In this document: piece after piece, positions 12,570-26,311 of the stretch
How the letters are laid out: each line of letters begins with the position of its first letter
Numbering within the stretch: position 1 is the first letter of the stretch
Assembly: GCA_016748015.1 (NCBI GenBank)
Contig: JAAOMT010000009.1
Coordinates: forward strand, 1,427,924 to 1,491,923
DNA from: Geosiphon pyriformis uo1
Lineage: Eukaryota > Fungi > Glomeromycota
Length of the DNA stretch: 64,000 nt
Direction of reading: 5' to 3'
The notes under the pieces: generated by a model
Database searches by the model: none
Told to the model about the DNA's origin: nothing
What the model saw: only the letters and a program-made list of their open reading frames with translations
Program-made: the position numbers and the translations under genes

Positions 12570-15500
12570 CTATATATCTATAGCAACAAAAGCATTACCA
12601 CCTAAACCAGAGAAAAAATGACACAATTTGTGTCTATCAAACTTGACAGCAAAAGATTCTATAATACCAAGCATATGGATAACACCAGCCAACAATGTAG
12701 AAACTACATTATTGAACAAGCTAGAAACCACATCATTATCCCCAACCAAGCCAGCCTTTTCTATCTCCACTCTATGCTTGGTCCTAATAGTCTATATTTG
12801 AGTATGCTGCAGTTCCACCACAAATCTAATGAATTCCACTAGGGTCTGAGTAGCTTTTTTTCTTTCCTCAAAAACTGAAACAGCTTTGGCATATCAATCT
12901 TTCATTACAAAACCCTTGTACACTGCTGTATAAAGATCTACATCTAAAGAACATGACGAGAGCAAGAGCAAAATAGCAGACAGAGATGAACTCATAAGAC
13001 CAGATATTGACATCCATTTTTCAGCAGCTTCAACCAAAATGTTCCCACAGAGACCAGAGTCATCAGAACAAGCAAAAACATGATCAGAGAACTCTACTTT
13101 GCCATACAGCAAACACAAAACACTAGAATAACTTCTGCTATACAACCTCTTTTTAACTACAACTGGCAGCTGCCTGTATACAACTTTCATTAAATACATA
13201 TGTAAATTAGCTGACTTTCTACTGGTAAACCCAGAAAGCATGTGTAAATTAGAATGCCAAACTATTACAGTAGCATCCTAATCTATTTCCTTAATTATAG
13301 TATTTAGAACTATACCAAAACCTGGACCAGTCTCCCAACAAGCACAGCATATTGACCAGTATAAGTCCCAAGCAAAATGACAAACATTGTCAGATATGGT
13401 AGTCTTTTCAGCAACTAGAAATCTCTCCCAAATATTAACTGGCAAAAAAAAAGACAAGGAAATAGTCTCATTAGCCAGCGTGTTAGCTCTTATATTGCCC
13501 AACACATCTGAATGTCCTTTAACCTTCATCCACTTAATTAAAATATTTTTGTTTTTAAGGAGATTGACAATTTGCAATCTTTCGATCCAATATTGGTTAC
13601 ACAAGTCAAGTGTAGCTAAAAAAGCCTCGGAAATGTAGGCATCAATTGCAGATTAACTATTCAAGTATAAAACCACTAAGCAAGAAGATGGAACACACTC
13701 CAAAACCAACACCACAGCTTGCAGTTCAGCTAAAGTAGAGGACAAAAGTCCAGTGATCTTAACTCCAATGCTCACATTTGCAGCCAGAAAGTATGTAGCT
13801 GCTCTATCTATCATTTCAACAGAACCAACACATCTCAAGGACCCATTTGTATACATCTCAATACAATTAGATCATATCTCTAGCAGGCTATCACAAACTT
13901 CAGAAAACCTATCAGAATTTAAAACACTCAGCATATTATTCTCAGTAGCAGTAGCAGCTCTGACCCCCAAAGAAATATAATCATTCATAAAATCAGATAT
14001 CAAAGAAAACCAGTAAGGCACAGAGCCCCTTGGGTCCAATCACTTCCAATGCCGAAATGTTTTCCAGTCCATCACTTTTCTTTTCTTGTTAAAAATTCTG
14101 TCACCAAAAGCAACACCAAAATGCTTCAATAAAAAAATGGATTTGTAATACAAAGACTAATCTAGAATGCCAAACATTGGGAAATTGCCAGATCCACGAA
14201 AGGCACAAGGTAAATTGTTTAACAAGAATAATTCATTCTCCAAAAAAATCTTCACCACCTTTGCCAAGAAATTGTTAACAAGACTAACATGCAACTTAAT
14301 AGGAAATTGCAAAGGATTCAAAAGAGACCATCCCAGAACTTGCAAATCCAAAAATTTATAATCAAATAAATGTCTAAGAATACTGTAGTTATTAGAAAAT
14401 GAAATCAGTGATGCCAGTTTTCTTTTAGACTGTACTTGCTTAAAAGGCTTTAATTCATATAAAGAAGGGTGATGCAAAACTTCACTGAGGAAGTCATGTG
14501 GTAAACCAGCTTTAACTCTAAGACCTTTTCTAACCATGATATCCCACTTACAATACACATCTAAAGTAATAAAACTGAACTGTACATGATAGCTAACAAT
14601 GGGCTGCAAAACCACTGACACCAAATAACAGAATTGTTTATCTGTAATAGCTTTTTTTAACACTATATTAGAAAAAAACTTGACATTCTTATAGACTTGA
14701 GCCAAACTGAGCTTAGAGAGACCCTCAGTTGACAAGAAAATACCCAAGTATCGGTGTAACTTACCTTTTCTAGCAATTAAAATTGGCACTTTATTGATTA
14801 ATAGCAAAGCATTCTTAACCTCTTGATTGATAGAAATTGCTACTATTGTTATAAGTGATTATTTGGGGTCTTAAATCAAATAACAAATCCATAACTTGGT
14901 GCTCAATATCTTGACAATGCTGGTAATACTGGTACGTTGGTTGTATCTAAAGGTTTTTTTTAGAGTTGAATCCTTTGTATAATGAACAGAAATTCAATGA
15001 TGATGTAGTTGGTTGGTGAGTTGTGTTTCCAATTTTTGTCTTCAGCTTGGTGGCTGGTTTATTCTGACAGTCATGCTCTTCTGATAAGCTATCTATTAAT
15101 ATATATATAATTTTACTCTTATTTCTGGGTTTTTTACCAGGCTATCCATGATGTCAATTACTTAGTGCTTTAATCTCTTAATCAGTTAGTATACACCAAT
15201 AAAATCAAGAAAAAAAATAAACAAAAATAAAAAAATGAGCCAAGGCAATATGCAAGTTAGTATCCGTCAATAGCCATGATCAAGAGCTATTGTTTCAGTG
15301 TGGTTAAGTATCACTTACAATCAACATGAAGTGTTGATAGTGGAGAGTAGATTGAAATGGTGAATAATTATTTATTAATATTTGTGAATGGAAAGTTGCT
15401 TAGATGAAATCTAAATTAAGAGGTCTCTAATGTCAGAATTCTGTTTTTTCTACTTCTAATATTACTACTATATATACATATTTGATGTTCTACGAGATTG

Positions 15501-18155
15501 CTCACATTTTCAAGCAATGTGCTATGATTTCTTGAGCAATGTGCACTAATTTTCTAATATTGCTTCACATTGCTGAGCAATGTGCTGTGTTTTCTGATAT
15601 TGCTCTATATTGCTGAGCAATATGTCATAATTTCTGTCATTGCTCTCCATTGCTGAGCAATGTGCTCACATGCTAAATACTATTTGCTTATTGGTCTATT
15701 ATTTTCTCTCTATCTGTTTTCTTTTTATGAGTAACACCGTCTTATCATTATTAATTGAGATATTATTGATCATAAAAAATTCACTTACAATATTCAAAAT
15801 ATACTGCATAGATGCCTGACTACTTCCAGCCCAAATCATATTATCAACAAAAGTACTTGCAGCCAAAAAGAAGGTTTTTTTTCCACTTGCTTCAATCCTG
15901 CCAGACTTTGCTACAAACCTAGAATCAATCCTATACCCATATAATTGCTTATGCCTTTTCACTTTACACAAAAGTGGATCATAAAATATTCTCTAAAGCA
16001 GTGGGAAAAAGACCTCTCCTTGATCTAACTCATTATGTACTCTATAACCATCCGAGAGCCCAAAATCAGTCATCACTCTGTTGAGCCAGTTTTCATGAAT
16101 GTTACCAAAAAATTGGATGAAATGTCCACACATTTTGATGCAAAGCAAGCTTGCTCACAAATAATACCAGTCTACCGAATCATAAGCTTTGTGCATATCT
16201 TGTAGCACTAACCAAAGCTCTCTGTTTTTTTTTAGAGCATTTTCAACAACTGAGCCAATTGCAAAAATAGGAGACTGGATTGAAGTACCCTTCAACACTG
16301 AAAAATTGTTACCACAAAAAACATTAAACTTACTACAAGTCAAAGATATCTGATCAGATAGGATCTTAGATAGTATTTTATGTGCTGTCTCAACCAATGT
16401 GATAGGTTTAGTATTTGTCAGAATACCATTCCACTCATAAAGTTTCGGAATCATTGAAACCCATGCTTCCTTCTACAGATTAGGAACTGCACCCATACTC
16501 AAACACAAATTCAACAATTTCAAAAGACAGACCAAAATCTTTCCACCACAATGCTTCTAAAGTTCATTCAGTATTCCAGATAACTTGGCTGCTTTATTGT
16601 TCAGCAGATTATCAACAGCCAAAAACAATTCCTCCATATTAATATCAACCATTACACCAGAGAAAGCATCATCATTCACATAATTCAAAGGCATATATTG
16701 TCAAACCCAGAGGTCAAGTATTTCCGAAAGAACTGATTGCTTTCTTGTTTACTCTTCCATAATTTTGTCAATCTTGAGCTTCACTTTATTAGGCTCAACC
16801 ACCAGCTCATTATCCACTATCAAGTGATCCAAAACCACTTTGCAAAATAGACGTTCCAGAATACTCTTTATCATTTTTTCTTTGTCAAAACAGAAATTTT
16901 CCATACAATAGTCAATTGTTTTCTTTATAGCAGTATCTTCAGCAATCTTAGACTCATAATACTTGGACTTACAATATCTTTTCTTTATTACTGACAAATG
17001 TTTAATCAATTCCATTGAGCTTACACTGTTCCAAATCATGCTATTAACCTTGGAAGCTTCGACTGCATTAACAACCAACCAAACCTTAATAAGGTGGTTG
17101 AAATTCAGGAGATTACCAGAGTTTTAATATTTCACAACCTTTGCAACAAGCAGCTCTAATTTAAAGAATTTGGAAGATTGTTTATTCCTCAAACAGTCAT
17201 ACTCACTATACTATATTCTAGAGAAAACTGTGTCAGCAGTCTGTACTATGGTCTTTTCCAACAATTTCCACATTGTATTTAAGTTACCATTGACTCTTGC
17301 CTCTTCAAACATGTCCAATCTAGCCAAAAACTTGGCAGAAGAGCAATTTTTAAAGCTTAACCATTGAACATTATCTGTATTCTTCAATTTAAACTTCCAC
17401 CAGTCTCAGTTGGCTTGTCTACAAACACTAATAAGATGTGTATCCAGCAGCCCACCCAAACCAATTGAAACAAAAACTGACTTATGATCTGTATCAAAAA
17501 ACTCAGACACACTATCGACAAAATGCGATGCCATAGCAGATGCCAAATTTTCACTAACTAGAATAAAATCAATCACTTTCTCAACATCTCTAGAATTGCT
17601 TCAAGTAGAAGCCTTGGCCAATGAGTGTCTATCAAAAGTATTAACCAGACCCAAACTTAAACAGAACTTGAAACTTGCACTTTTGCTAGACCCATTTTCA
17701 TTAAAATCACCACCCAAAACCACAAAAAAGCTGGAATTGACCACCTTGGAAACCATAGAATTGATATCAGCAGCTTGACTAAACTGTGTGCTGATGAACA
17801 CACCAGTATACAGACCCAAGATCATAACTGAAAGTTTGTTCTTGAATAAAAGACACACAGAAATTAAATGACCAGGAATCTCATCCACTTTTGAAACATG
17901 CCAAGCCAAAAAATTGTTCATAATTATGGCAACCTCAGCACCATGAAACCCAACATCCAAACCAGAAGTAAAAACCTGAAGTCCATCAAATTTATTCATG
18001 ATCCAAGACCTAATGTCAGATCTCAATTTAGTCTCAGTAACAATTGAAATCATATTTCTTGAATCCTTATGCCAATGAACAATGTTTTCCTGTTTAGCTA
18101 AATTTTTTATACCCCTAATATTGCACGTAGCCACTCTCCAAATGAGCTCACTCAT
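12570..18155 (-). pseudogene. LINE copy 1 ORF2 (APE endonuclease - RT - RNase H - zinc finger), interrupted by stops and a solo LTR
   Basis: ATCNIRG, VTETKL, LGGDFN (APE); TKPITLVE, QDMHKAYDSV, TFVDN (RT); YTNGS, AELQA, KVKGHS..GNIRAN (RNase H); CLLYGKVEFSDHVFAC. Confidence 0.85.
14847..15736 (-). repeat. Solo LTR (family A) inserted into the LINE copy 1 RT region
   Basis: TGTTA...TAACA termini; homologous to the LTRs at 35875, 45850 and 53537; removing it restores NNDKTVAISIN; 4-bp TSD CTAT/CCGT. Confidence 0.9.
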
Positions 18156-20035
18156 TGATGCAAAGAGTGCATCAAAGAACCTGAATTTATGCACAACAGA
18201 TCTAACTTCTCCAAAATTGAGCCAATAAAAATCTCAAGAGCCATTATCTTGGATTCCAAACCACCAACTTTGGAAGTAAGAACCTTTGAACTGCTCAGAC
18301 CTAAATCTGCCACCTTGTCTTCTAACACTGAAAAAGAGAGAGGAAAAAATGGCCACAGGACATTCAGAACCATATCAGTATCCTGTGATACCAATGTAGG
18401 AACAGGAGTGGCTGGAAGTACAACTTGAGTAATAAGCACCAGGAGCACAAGCTCTACACCATTAAATCTACGCATAATATCTGACACTTGATCAGCTAGC
18501 AACTCTAAAGAACATTCAAGTGAAGCTAGGTGATCATTGATTGAGGATTTACTTTGAACAACTGGCGTGTTTCTCTTAAAACCTGAAAAACCAGGAGGAG
18601 AAGAATCAGACCTAGCACTAGAGTTGAAATAGAGATTACCAAAAGGAGAAGTAAGTGAGACCACTTGTGTCCAAGATTTGCCATCAAAAGCAGCAGGTCT
18701 AGAAATAGGAACACTTTTTTTAGCATACAATTTTACTAGCTGAAGATAACAATCCTTTGAAGTAACTCTTTTAACAATTTTCAAAGATTTGGCAATGGAC
18801 AGAGATGGTGCATCACACTCCAAAGCTGAATGGCCAAAAAGACCACATTTTTCACAGCAAACTAAGTCCAATCTAGCCCAAGATAATTTAACACCATTAA
18901 ATATTGGCTCAGTATGATAAGCAGATTCCATTGCATTTTTAGATTCAAAGCCAACCACAACACAGCAAATTCTATTGCCGGAATCCAATGAACGATTTAT
19001 AATACAAGTTTTTCCACCAATACCTTCCAAAAGAGTGCCCAAATCATGAGCAGTTGTTCCCACAGGCAAAGTAAACAACAAAGCCCTGAACCAGTTTCTA
19101 GATACACATGTATCGCAATCTCTCACAGTTATAGCCACTCACACAGAATCTTTCCCAATCAAAAAAGACCATTTAGCAGCTAAATGTTTAGCCTGACCTA
19201 GTTCAGCAAATTCCACCACTGCTTTTTGCCATAATCCAATAAGTTGAATTTTGATTGACTTAATTTTACCAAACTTGGCTAGTACAGCAATAATCATTTC
19301 CTTAGGCATATCCATGGGAATTTCTTTGATAACCACAGCCCAATTTGAATGAACTCCTTGTTTTTTAAGATTGCTGTTTACATTGATTTCTTTTTTTCTG
19401 GCCAATGATGCAGCTATTTCTATGCTCTTTTCTGAAGTAAAGATAGATCGAATAATTCTTTCAAATTTTGAGGGGATAGTGGCCCCCCCAAAACCATTGA
19501 CTGTTGAAAAAAAATTTTTAATTAACTGAGTTTTCGTCATCACCAATTTTCTTTTCACAGCTAAGAGATTAATATCCAAAGTGAATAACTTTTTAACTGA
19601 TACTTCCACAGGAGTCTTAATAATCTTTGGGTCAATTCACTTTTTTTCAAGGGAGATAAGCAAGTGAGGAGAGAGCACAACTTCATCATCATCTATATGA
19701 AAGTTAGAAGAGCCGAGTGGAGAACCAAAATCAGCACTAGTGTTGACTCACTTTGCCTTGAGTATAGTAGCAGCTGAGCCCAAAAGAGACCCACTATTTG
19801 TTTTAGACATGCTAATATCCTCATCCTCACCAGATAAACTTTCCACATTAGAATAAACACTATCATCAGATCCAGATTTGCTCAAGGATATATTCTTTTT
19901 ATTACCAGAGTGTTTGACATTGCTAAAAACAACTTTCTTCTTCTGAAAAAAAGAGCCACCAGCAGAACCATGAAAAGTGCCCTTAAGAGTCTTTTTTTTA
20001 GATGTGGTGCTACTAGCAGTAGCTTCTATATCCAC
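18152..20035 (-). pseudogene. LINE copy 1 ORF1 (RRM-like region plus CCHC zinc knuckle), interrupted by stops
   Basis: CEKCGLFGHSALEC knuckle; VVIKEIPMDM..KFGKIKSIKI RRM-like segment; C-terminal coiled-coil-like SKVGGLESKIMALE; in-frame stops. Confidence 0.8.
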
Positions 20036-20181
20036 GAAAAATGAGTTATTATTAGGTAAAAAAATATTGGTATAGACTAAAAAACAAAAAAACTTCTTTT
20101 TACAGAAAATGCACTTTTTGAGGATTTTTGGAGATAAGAAAGAAAGAAGTTTTTTTAATTTTTTGTATTATTATGTTCTAT

Positions 20182-23100
20182 TAATATTTATAAAAAATAA
20201 AAATTATAATAGTTAAATAAAACAGTCAATAGGAAATAAGCATAATAAAAAAGGAATTTTTGGAATTTTTTTTAAGAAATTTCAGAATTTTAGAATTTTA
20301 GAATTCTAAATTTTTTTAAGAAATTTTGTATAACAAGAATTATATATATAATAATATTATTAGAAGTAGAAAAAACCAGTTTTTGAAGACAAAAAGTTAG
20401 TGACAAGTTAATTATAAAATTTTTTTTTTTGAAAAATAGTTTTTTATATCTTGAAATAGAATTATATTTATATTAATAAAATACTTATTTATTATTTAAT
20501 CTATGTTATTTTTATTATTGGATTAAAATTGTTATTTTTCAACTCTATTAACAATTTATGCTAATAATATTCTCTACTTAATTATATTAAACCAATAGCT
20601 CTTAATTATAGTTATTGATAAAATACTAATTTTTTTTTTTTTTTGGTATTATTATTATTTACTAATTAATTAAGATATTAAGCACTAAGATATTGATATT
20701 AAGAATAATCTGATAAAAATTCATAAAACAAAAACAAAAACTTAAAAATAGATTATCAAAAAGACATAATTGTTAGATTTAAACTGGTCTCTATGCTAAA
20801 AAAAAAATTAGAAAAATAACTATTAAGTAAATTTCTGTTCATTATACAAAAAACTCAATTTGAAAAATCTTTAAATCCGAAAATTTTTAGATAATATTAA
20901 TTTAATTAACTATTGAATACCAAGTTACAGATTTGTTATTTATTCTAACACCTTAAATAATTACCTATAATATTTGGTATTTTTTGTGAAATATAATTCA
21001 ACAGAGAACAAGCACTATTAACAACTATTCAAAAAAGTAACAGACCAAAAAACCATAAAAGAAAATTACTTAAAATTTTCAAAATCTTTATTGCAATATT
21101 ACCAAACTTATCTAAAACTAACAAGTAATTATTGGTTAGCTAAATTAATCTTTAATTTTTACATTAATAAAAAATCATATACTATTTAGGAAGCCAAAAA
21201 GATTTAAAAGCTGTTATTAAAAATTTTTATAATCAAATTTTCTATCAAATTATAATTTTATCCCAATAATCATAGAAATAAAGTACAAAATTAAAAACTA
21301 CTTCAAATAAAAGTTTTCTATTACTTTTATGAATAAAGAAAAAAAAATTACAAATTTTAACAAGAACTTCAAAAAAAATACAACTGTTTACTTAAAAAAA
21401 ACCAAAAGTTATTTTGTCCATTAATTTATTATATTATTACATGTCTAAAAGCACCATTCAGATAATATCAACAGTTGTATTCATATTAAAAGCACTATTA
21501 ATATAAGTACTATTTCAAAATAAACAAAAAAAAACCAAATTATTAGGAACTTACAATGATTATTTTGAAAAATTTAAGTTATAATCAACAATATTATTAG
21601 AATTTTAATTACTATTATCTTAACTTAATTTCGAATTTACTAGTAATTAGATAGATACTAAATTAAAAAAAAATAGTAATCAGAAAAATAATAATTAAAG
21701 CCTGATCTCAAATAATTCCAAAAATAAAACTTTAATTGTACAAACTTAAAAAAACCCAAACAATCTAAACTTTACTTTTATTATTCAACAAAATATATTT
21801 CCAATTATTTGAATTAATTTACTGCTAATTGCATTAATAATTATTTTTTATTAACAACAAATCAACTTACCTTTAGAACAAATAGCATATATACTAGTTG
21901 CCAAGCTTGAAAAGTTTATTAATAAAAAAAATAGTATTCAAGTCTGGTTAAATAATATTATAAAAGCCATTGTAGCCAATAGCTAAGATAAAATTAGAGA
22001 TTTTTAAGTAATTTTATATTTTCTATAAAATATTATTAACTTGTAGTATTAAATTTTGTAAACAAACTTAATAACTTTAATGTATTCAAAACTGTATTTC
22101 TACAATATTTAAGTAATCATAACAGTATTAACTACTTATTAACCAGCTTTACCACTTTCAAATAAAATAACATTAAAATAATTACAATTTATTTAGAACA
22201 CTTTTACAAAAATTTGCACCAAATTTAAGCAATTAATGTTAATTATTTTATAATATCTCAGATTTTAAATTAGTTTATTTATAGACTACACAGCAGTTTT
22301 CTGTAACAAGTATGCCTATTATATTCAAATATACTCTAAGATACAGTTATTTATATCAAAGATTTTAAATCAATCAAGCTTAAAACCAACCACATATAAG
22401 CTACAAATTTAGTAATAAACAAATTATTTGAATTAGATTTTAAATAAAAACAGTTTAGTAAAACAATTAACCAAAAAATAGAGAGATATTTAGCTAATAA
22501 TTAAGCAATTTATCAGTTTTTTCAATATTACAACAATTAAAAAAACTTTAATTGGTTCTAAAATTAGTCACATTTATTATTATTATTAGCAAATCAACAA
22601 TAATAGCAAGAAACACATATTTGCTATTATTGCCATAAAAAAAACATATTAAAACAGACTGCTATTTAAAAATAAATAGCTTATAATTAAAAAATCAATA
22701 TAGAAACTCCAATTACTAATTTCAAATTCCAAATTATGTTAGTAGTTTATTAAAGTCACAACTATATTAATCTTATTATACACAAATAATACATTAGTTA
22801 ATATATGCATCTTCAATATATTAAATGTTAACACTCATAATTTATTAAGCTTTACTGTTATAAGTAGTCTATTAACTTTACAAATTCAAACACCATCACA
22901 AAATCTAGCTTAAATACCAGCTAAAAACCAAAAACTAAAGATCACTTAACAAAACTGGAGACCAGTAATAATTATGTATTAATTAATTTTTAATACATTA
23001 AACCAACACTTAAAATTATGTCAGCAAAATTTGAGAAGTAAGTATATTCAAAACCCAAATTTTTAGAGCTATTTAAGTTTTTTGACCACTTTAAAAAACA

Positions 23101-26100
23101 ATTCATCTAATAATTTAAAAATTCAGCAATTACTTACCAATAATATTTTATCAATTATAGTCATAGAAAACTAGTCATTTGCCACTATTTTTCTCTTTAA
23201 ACTAGAAGATTCAAGAAAAACATCACTATTTAGTAAAGTTGTACTTAATATTAAACCAATTACTGTCATGTATATTAATATCAAAGTTAATAGTCATTTT
23301 ATTAAGCTAATCCTTAATAGTAATTTAGCAAACAGTATTATCACATAATAATTTATAAACCAATTAGATTATTGAGTTGATTAAGCTGCCAGTACCAAAA
23401 TTATCATTGTTAATAAAGTGACAAAGATTTTTATTGGTAAAATTAATAACTTTTTATTAGAAGTTAATGGCATTATTATGTCAATCAAAGTTTTGATAAT
23501 AAAAATTATATAATACTAAGCTCTTGTTAATAATGACTAACTCTTTAAAACCAATACAGTTCTTGACTGCAATATCTAAGAGCTTTAACTCAATTATAAT
23601 AATCAGCATATTTGGATTTTAAGTATTTGTAACTACTTCAAAACTATTACTAATATACAACTATTAATAGAGTTTAAAAAAAAACCTACTTAAGAAACCT
23701 ATCAAATTTTATGAGCAAAAAAAAATTACAATAAGTTATTACTAATATTTATATAGAAAAAAAAAAACAAATATCAGATTATTACTACCATAAATAAATT
23801 AATTAATAGTTAATATGTTTTATACTTAATACTAAAACCAAGAAAACAACTACTTTATATTCTACTTAAATACAAAAATTATAACAAAAAGCTTTTATGA
23901 ATAAAAATTTATATATAACCAGAAAAAAAATACAAAATATGTCTTTGTTATAACTGTAAAACTTGTTACCAAAAAACATTTTAGATGACCAAAACAACAG
24001 AAAAAATAAGACAATAAACTTTGTTTTACTTGCTAAAAAATTTTTTTAGATAAAAAAATATGGAACAATATTTTTGGTTGTGGAAAAACATGTAATAAAT
24101 TGTATTAATACATAATTTTTATCAATAACTAGATAAATAAAGAAATGTTTATAAATACTATATAAAACAAAAATCTTTTATATTTAAATAGTTATCTATA
24201 TAATAGAGACAAAATTTGAAGAATGATAACTGTTAAAGTTGAAGATATGTCTTTAAGCAAAATATTAAAAATTAAAAACAACTTATTAGAATCTATTGTT
24301 ATTAGTAGAATTTTAGTTATTAATTAACATAAAATTACTTTTATAATTTTTATTAGTAATTAGCATATATTATTATTATTTTAATTATTGCTTATTAATT
24401 AACTAAATTATTAAATATTACTATTTAATTAATAATCTAATTGGTATAATATACAAATATAATAATTAGATCATATAATATACTAAACTTTATAACATTC
24501 AAAAATTTGCAAAATATTTTAATAGTTTACCAAAATTATTTATAGTTTGTAAAAATATTTGTAATTTGTTAAAATATATTTTTAGTTCATCAAAATTATA
24601 GCAAAAAAAAAGTTCAAGTTTATAAAATAGTATTAAAATAAGTTATATAAAAAAAGAGTTTTTTTTTTAAGAAAATGTATTTTATTTTATTTTATTTTAA
24701 AACTATCAATCAAAGTTAAAATTAAGTATCTTTCACATATTTTTACAAAAATAATAAAAATATCAAATACTTTGAAAAATTTTTAGATACTTCTGACAGT
24801 TTTCTACCATATATACAAAAATTTTACAGTTATTAATATATATTATAAGTTAAACTATTTCTATCTATTATCAAATTTCTTAAATTATATACACTTAAAA
24901 TTTTTCAAATCTCAACTAATATTTTAAAATTAATTAGCTATCAATTTTAGTAATTTATTAGTAACTTCAAATTTAAACAAAAAACAATTTTCTTAACAAA
25001 TTTTTTTTTATTTTTTTATTATAATTATTAAAGTAGTTTTCAAATAAGATTTCTGTAGAAAAATTGACTTTTATAACAAGCTTTCAAATTAACAATTCCT
25101 GAAAAAAAGTTGACTTTTATTACAAAATAACTATATAAATAATTAGCACAGAATTGGCTATTCTATTTATAAATCCAGTAGTTTAAATTATAAAAGATAA
25201 TTTAAAGATAAATTTAGTTATCAAAAATTCACTAGCTTTCAATAATTATGAATTAACAACAAATCAACATTAACAATATTTAAAAAAAGAAACCAAAAAC
25301 TTTTAGTAATATCATTTTTATTTCAAATTCAGATATTTTTATTAATATTATAAATAATCCAAAACAATTCCATAAATACTACCAAGACTTAATACTTACT
25401 AAAAAAAACAAAAGCAAAGACTAAAACAACTAAATACCAGACTTTGCAAATATTGTTTAACTTCAAATATTGTAATAATTGTGATCTCATTTATAATTTA
25501 CCATCATAAATAATTTATTTAATTCTTAAAGAAAAAAAACCAATCAGCAGATATGCATAAAAATTGAAATTAAAAATCAATTGTGATTTAAATTTTGACA
25601 ATAATAACAACAATGATTTCAATATTGTCCATAATGACAATAGTAATATTAATTCAAACTTTAATTTAAATTCCAAACAATATATTACACTTCCAGATCT
25701 TTTTATAAAGCAAGAACTTAAATAGTTCAACAATAATAACAAAAATATTATGTCAGAATATACACAGATTACCAATACAGAATTTGATCTTAAATACTCT
25801 AGTTTTTTACTAACAAAAACAATTTTAGAAAAAAAAATAATAAAGTTAATTTAAGATAAAGAATTAGAAGATTTTGAAAATTTAAAAAATTTTGACAGAG
25901 TTTAATATTAAAAAAAGAATAATATTATTCATAAAAAATAAAAATTATTATAGTTAAATAAAACAGCCAATAAAAAATAGATATAGCAAAAAAAATTTTA
26001 AAATTTCTTTTAAAGAATTTCAGAATTATGTATATATAGCAATAGTATTAAAAACAAAAAAAACCAGTTCTTAAAAACAAAAAGTTAGTAACAAGTTAGT

Positions 26101-26311
26101 TATAAAATATTAAAAGATAGTTTTCTATATCTTGAAATAGAATTATATTTATATTAATAAAATACTTATTTATTATCCAATTTATATTATTCTTTTTATT
26201 GAATTAAAATTGTTATTTCTTAACTCTATTAATAATTTATATTATTAATATTTTTTATTTAATTATATTAGATTAATAGTTTTTGATTATGGCTATTAAT
26301 AAAATACTAAT
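20182..26311 (+). mobile_element. Heavily degenerate Ty3/Gypsy element (same lineage as those at 35875 and 53537), internally deleted, 3' LTR truncated
   Basis: 5' LTR about 20182-20972; decayed PBS TTTGGTATTTTTTGTGA at 20973; remnants of gag, protease (about 23250-23550) and the Cys-rich domain; dUTPase start at about 25760-25800 jumps to the ORF3 end and PPT (about 25909-25922); 3' LTR 25923-26311 repeats about 20182-20630. Confidence 0.8.
24297..25311. repeat. Degenerate solo LTR (family B) nested in the Gypsy remnant
   Basis: Colinear similarity with 58560-59539 along its length; TGTTA start and decayed TAATA end; flanks CTAT/TCAT are compatible with a CCAT TSD. Confidence 0.75.

Larger units (their letters stand above)
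12435..20150 (-). mobile_element. Non-LTR retrotransposon (LINE copy 1), near full length, degenerate, with RNase H
   Basis: ORF1 with zinc knuckle; ORF2 with APE, RT, RNase H and C-terminal Cys/His motif; AATAAA plus A-tail on the minus strand at about 12435-12449; 5' region similar to LINE copy 2 near 53450. Confidence 0.9.

Noticed and set aside
15497-15672. CRISPR-like regularly spaced palindromes
   Set aside because: The intervening sequences are themselves repeats rather than unique spacers, the array lies inside eukaryotic LTRs, and there are no cas genes.
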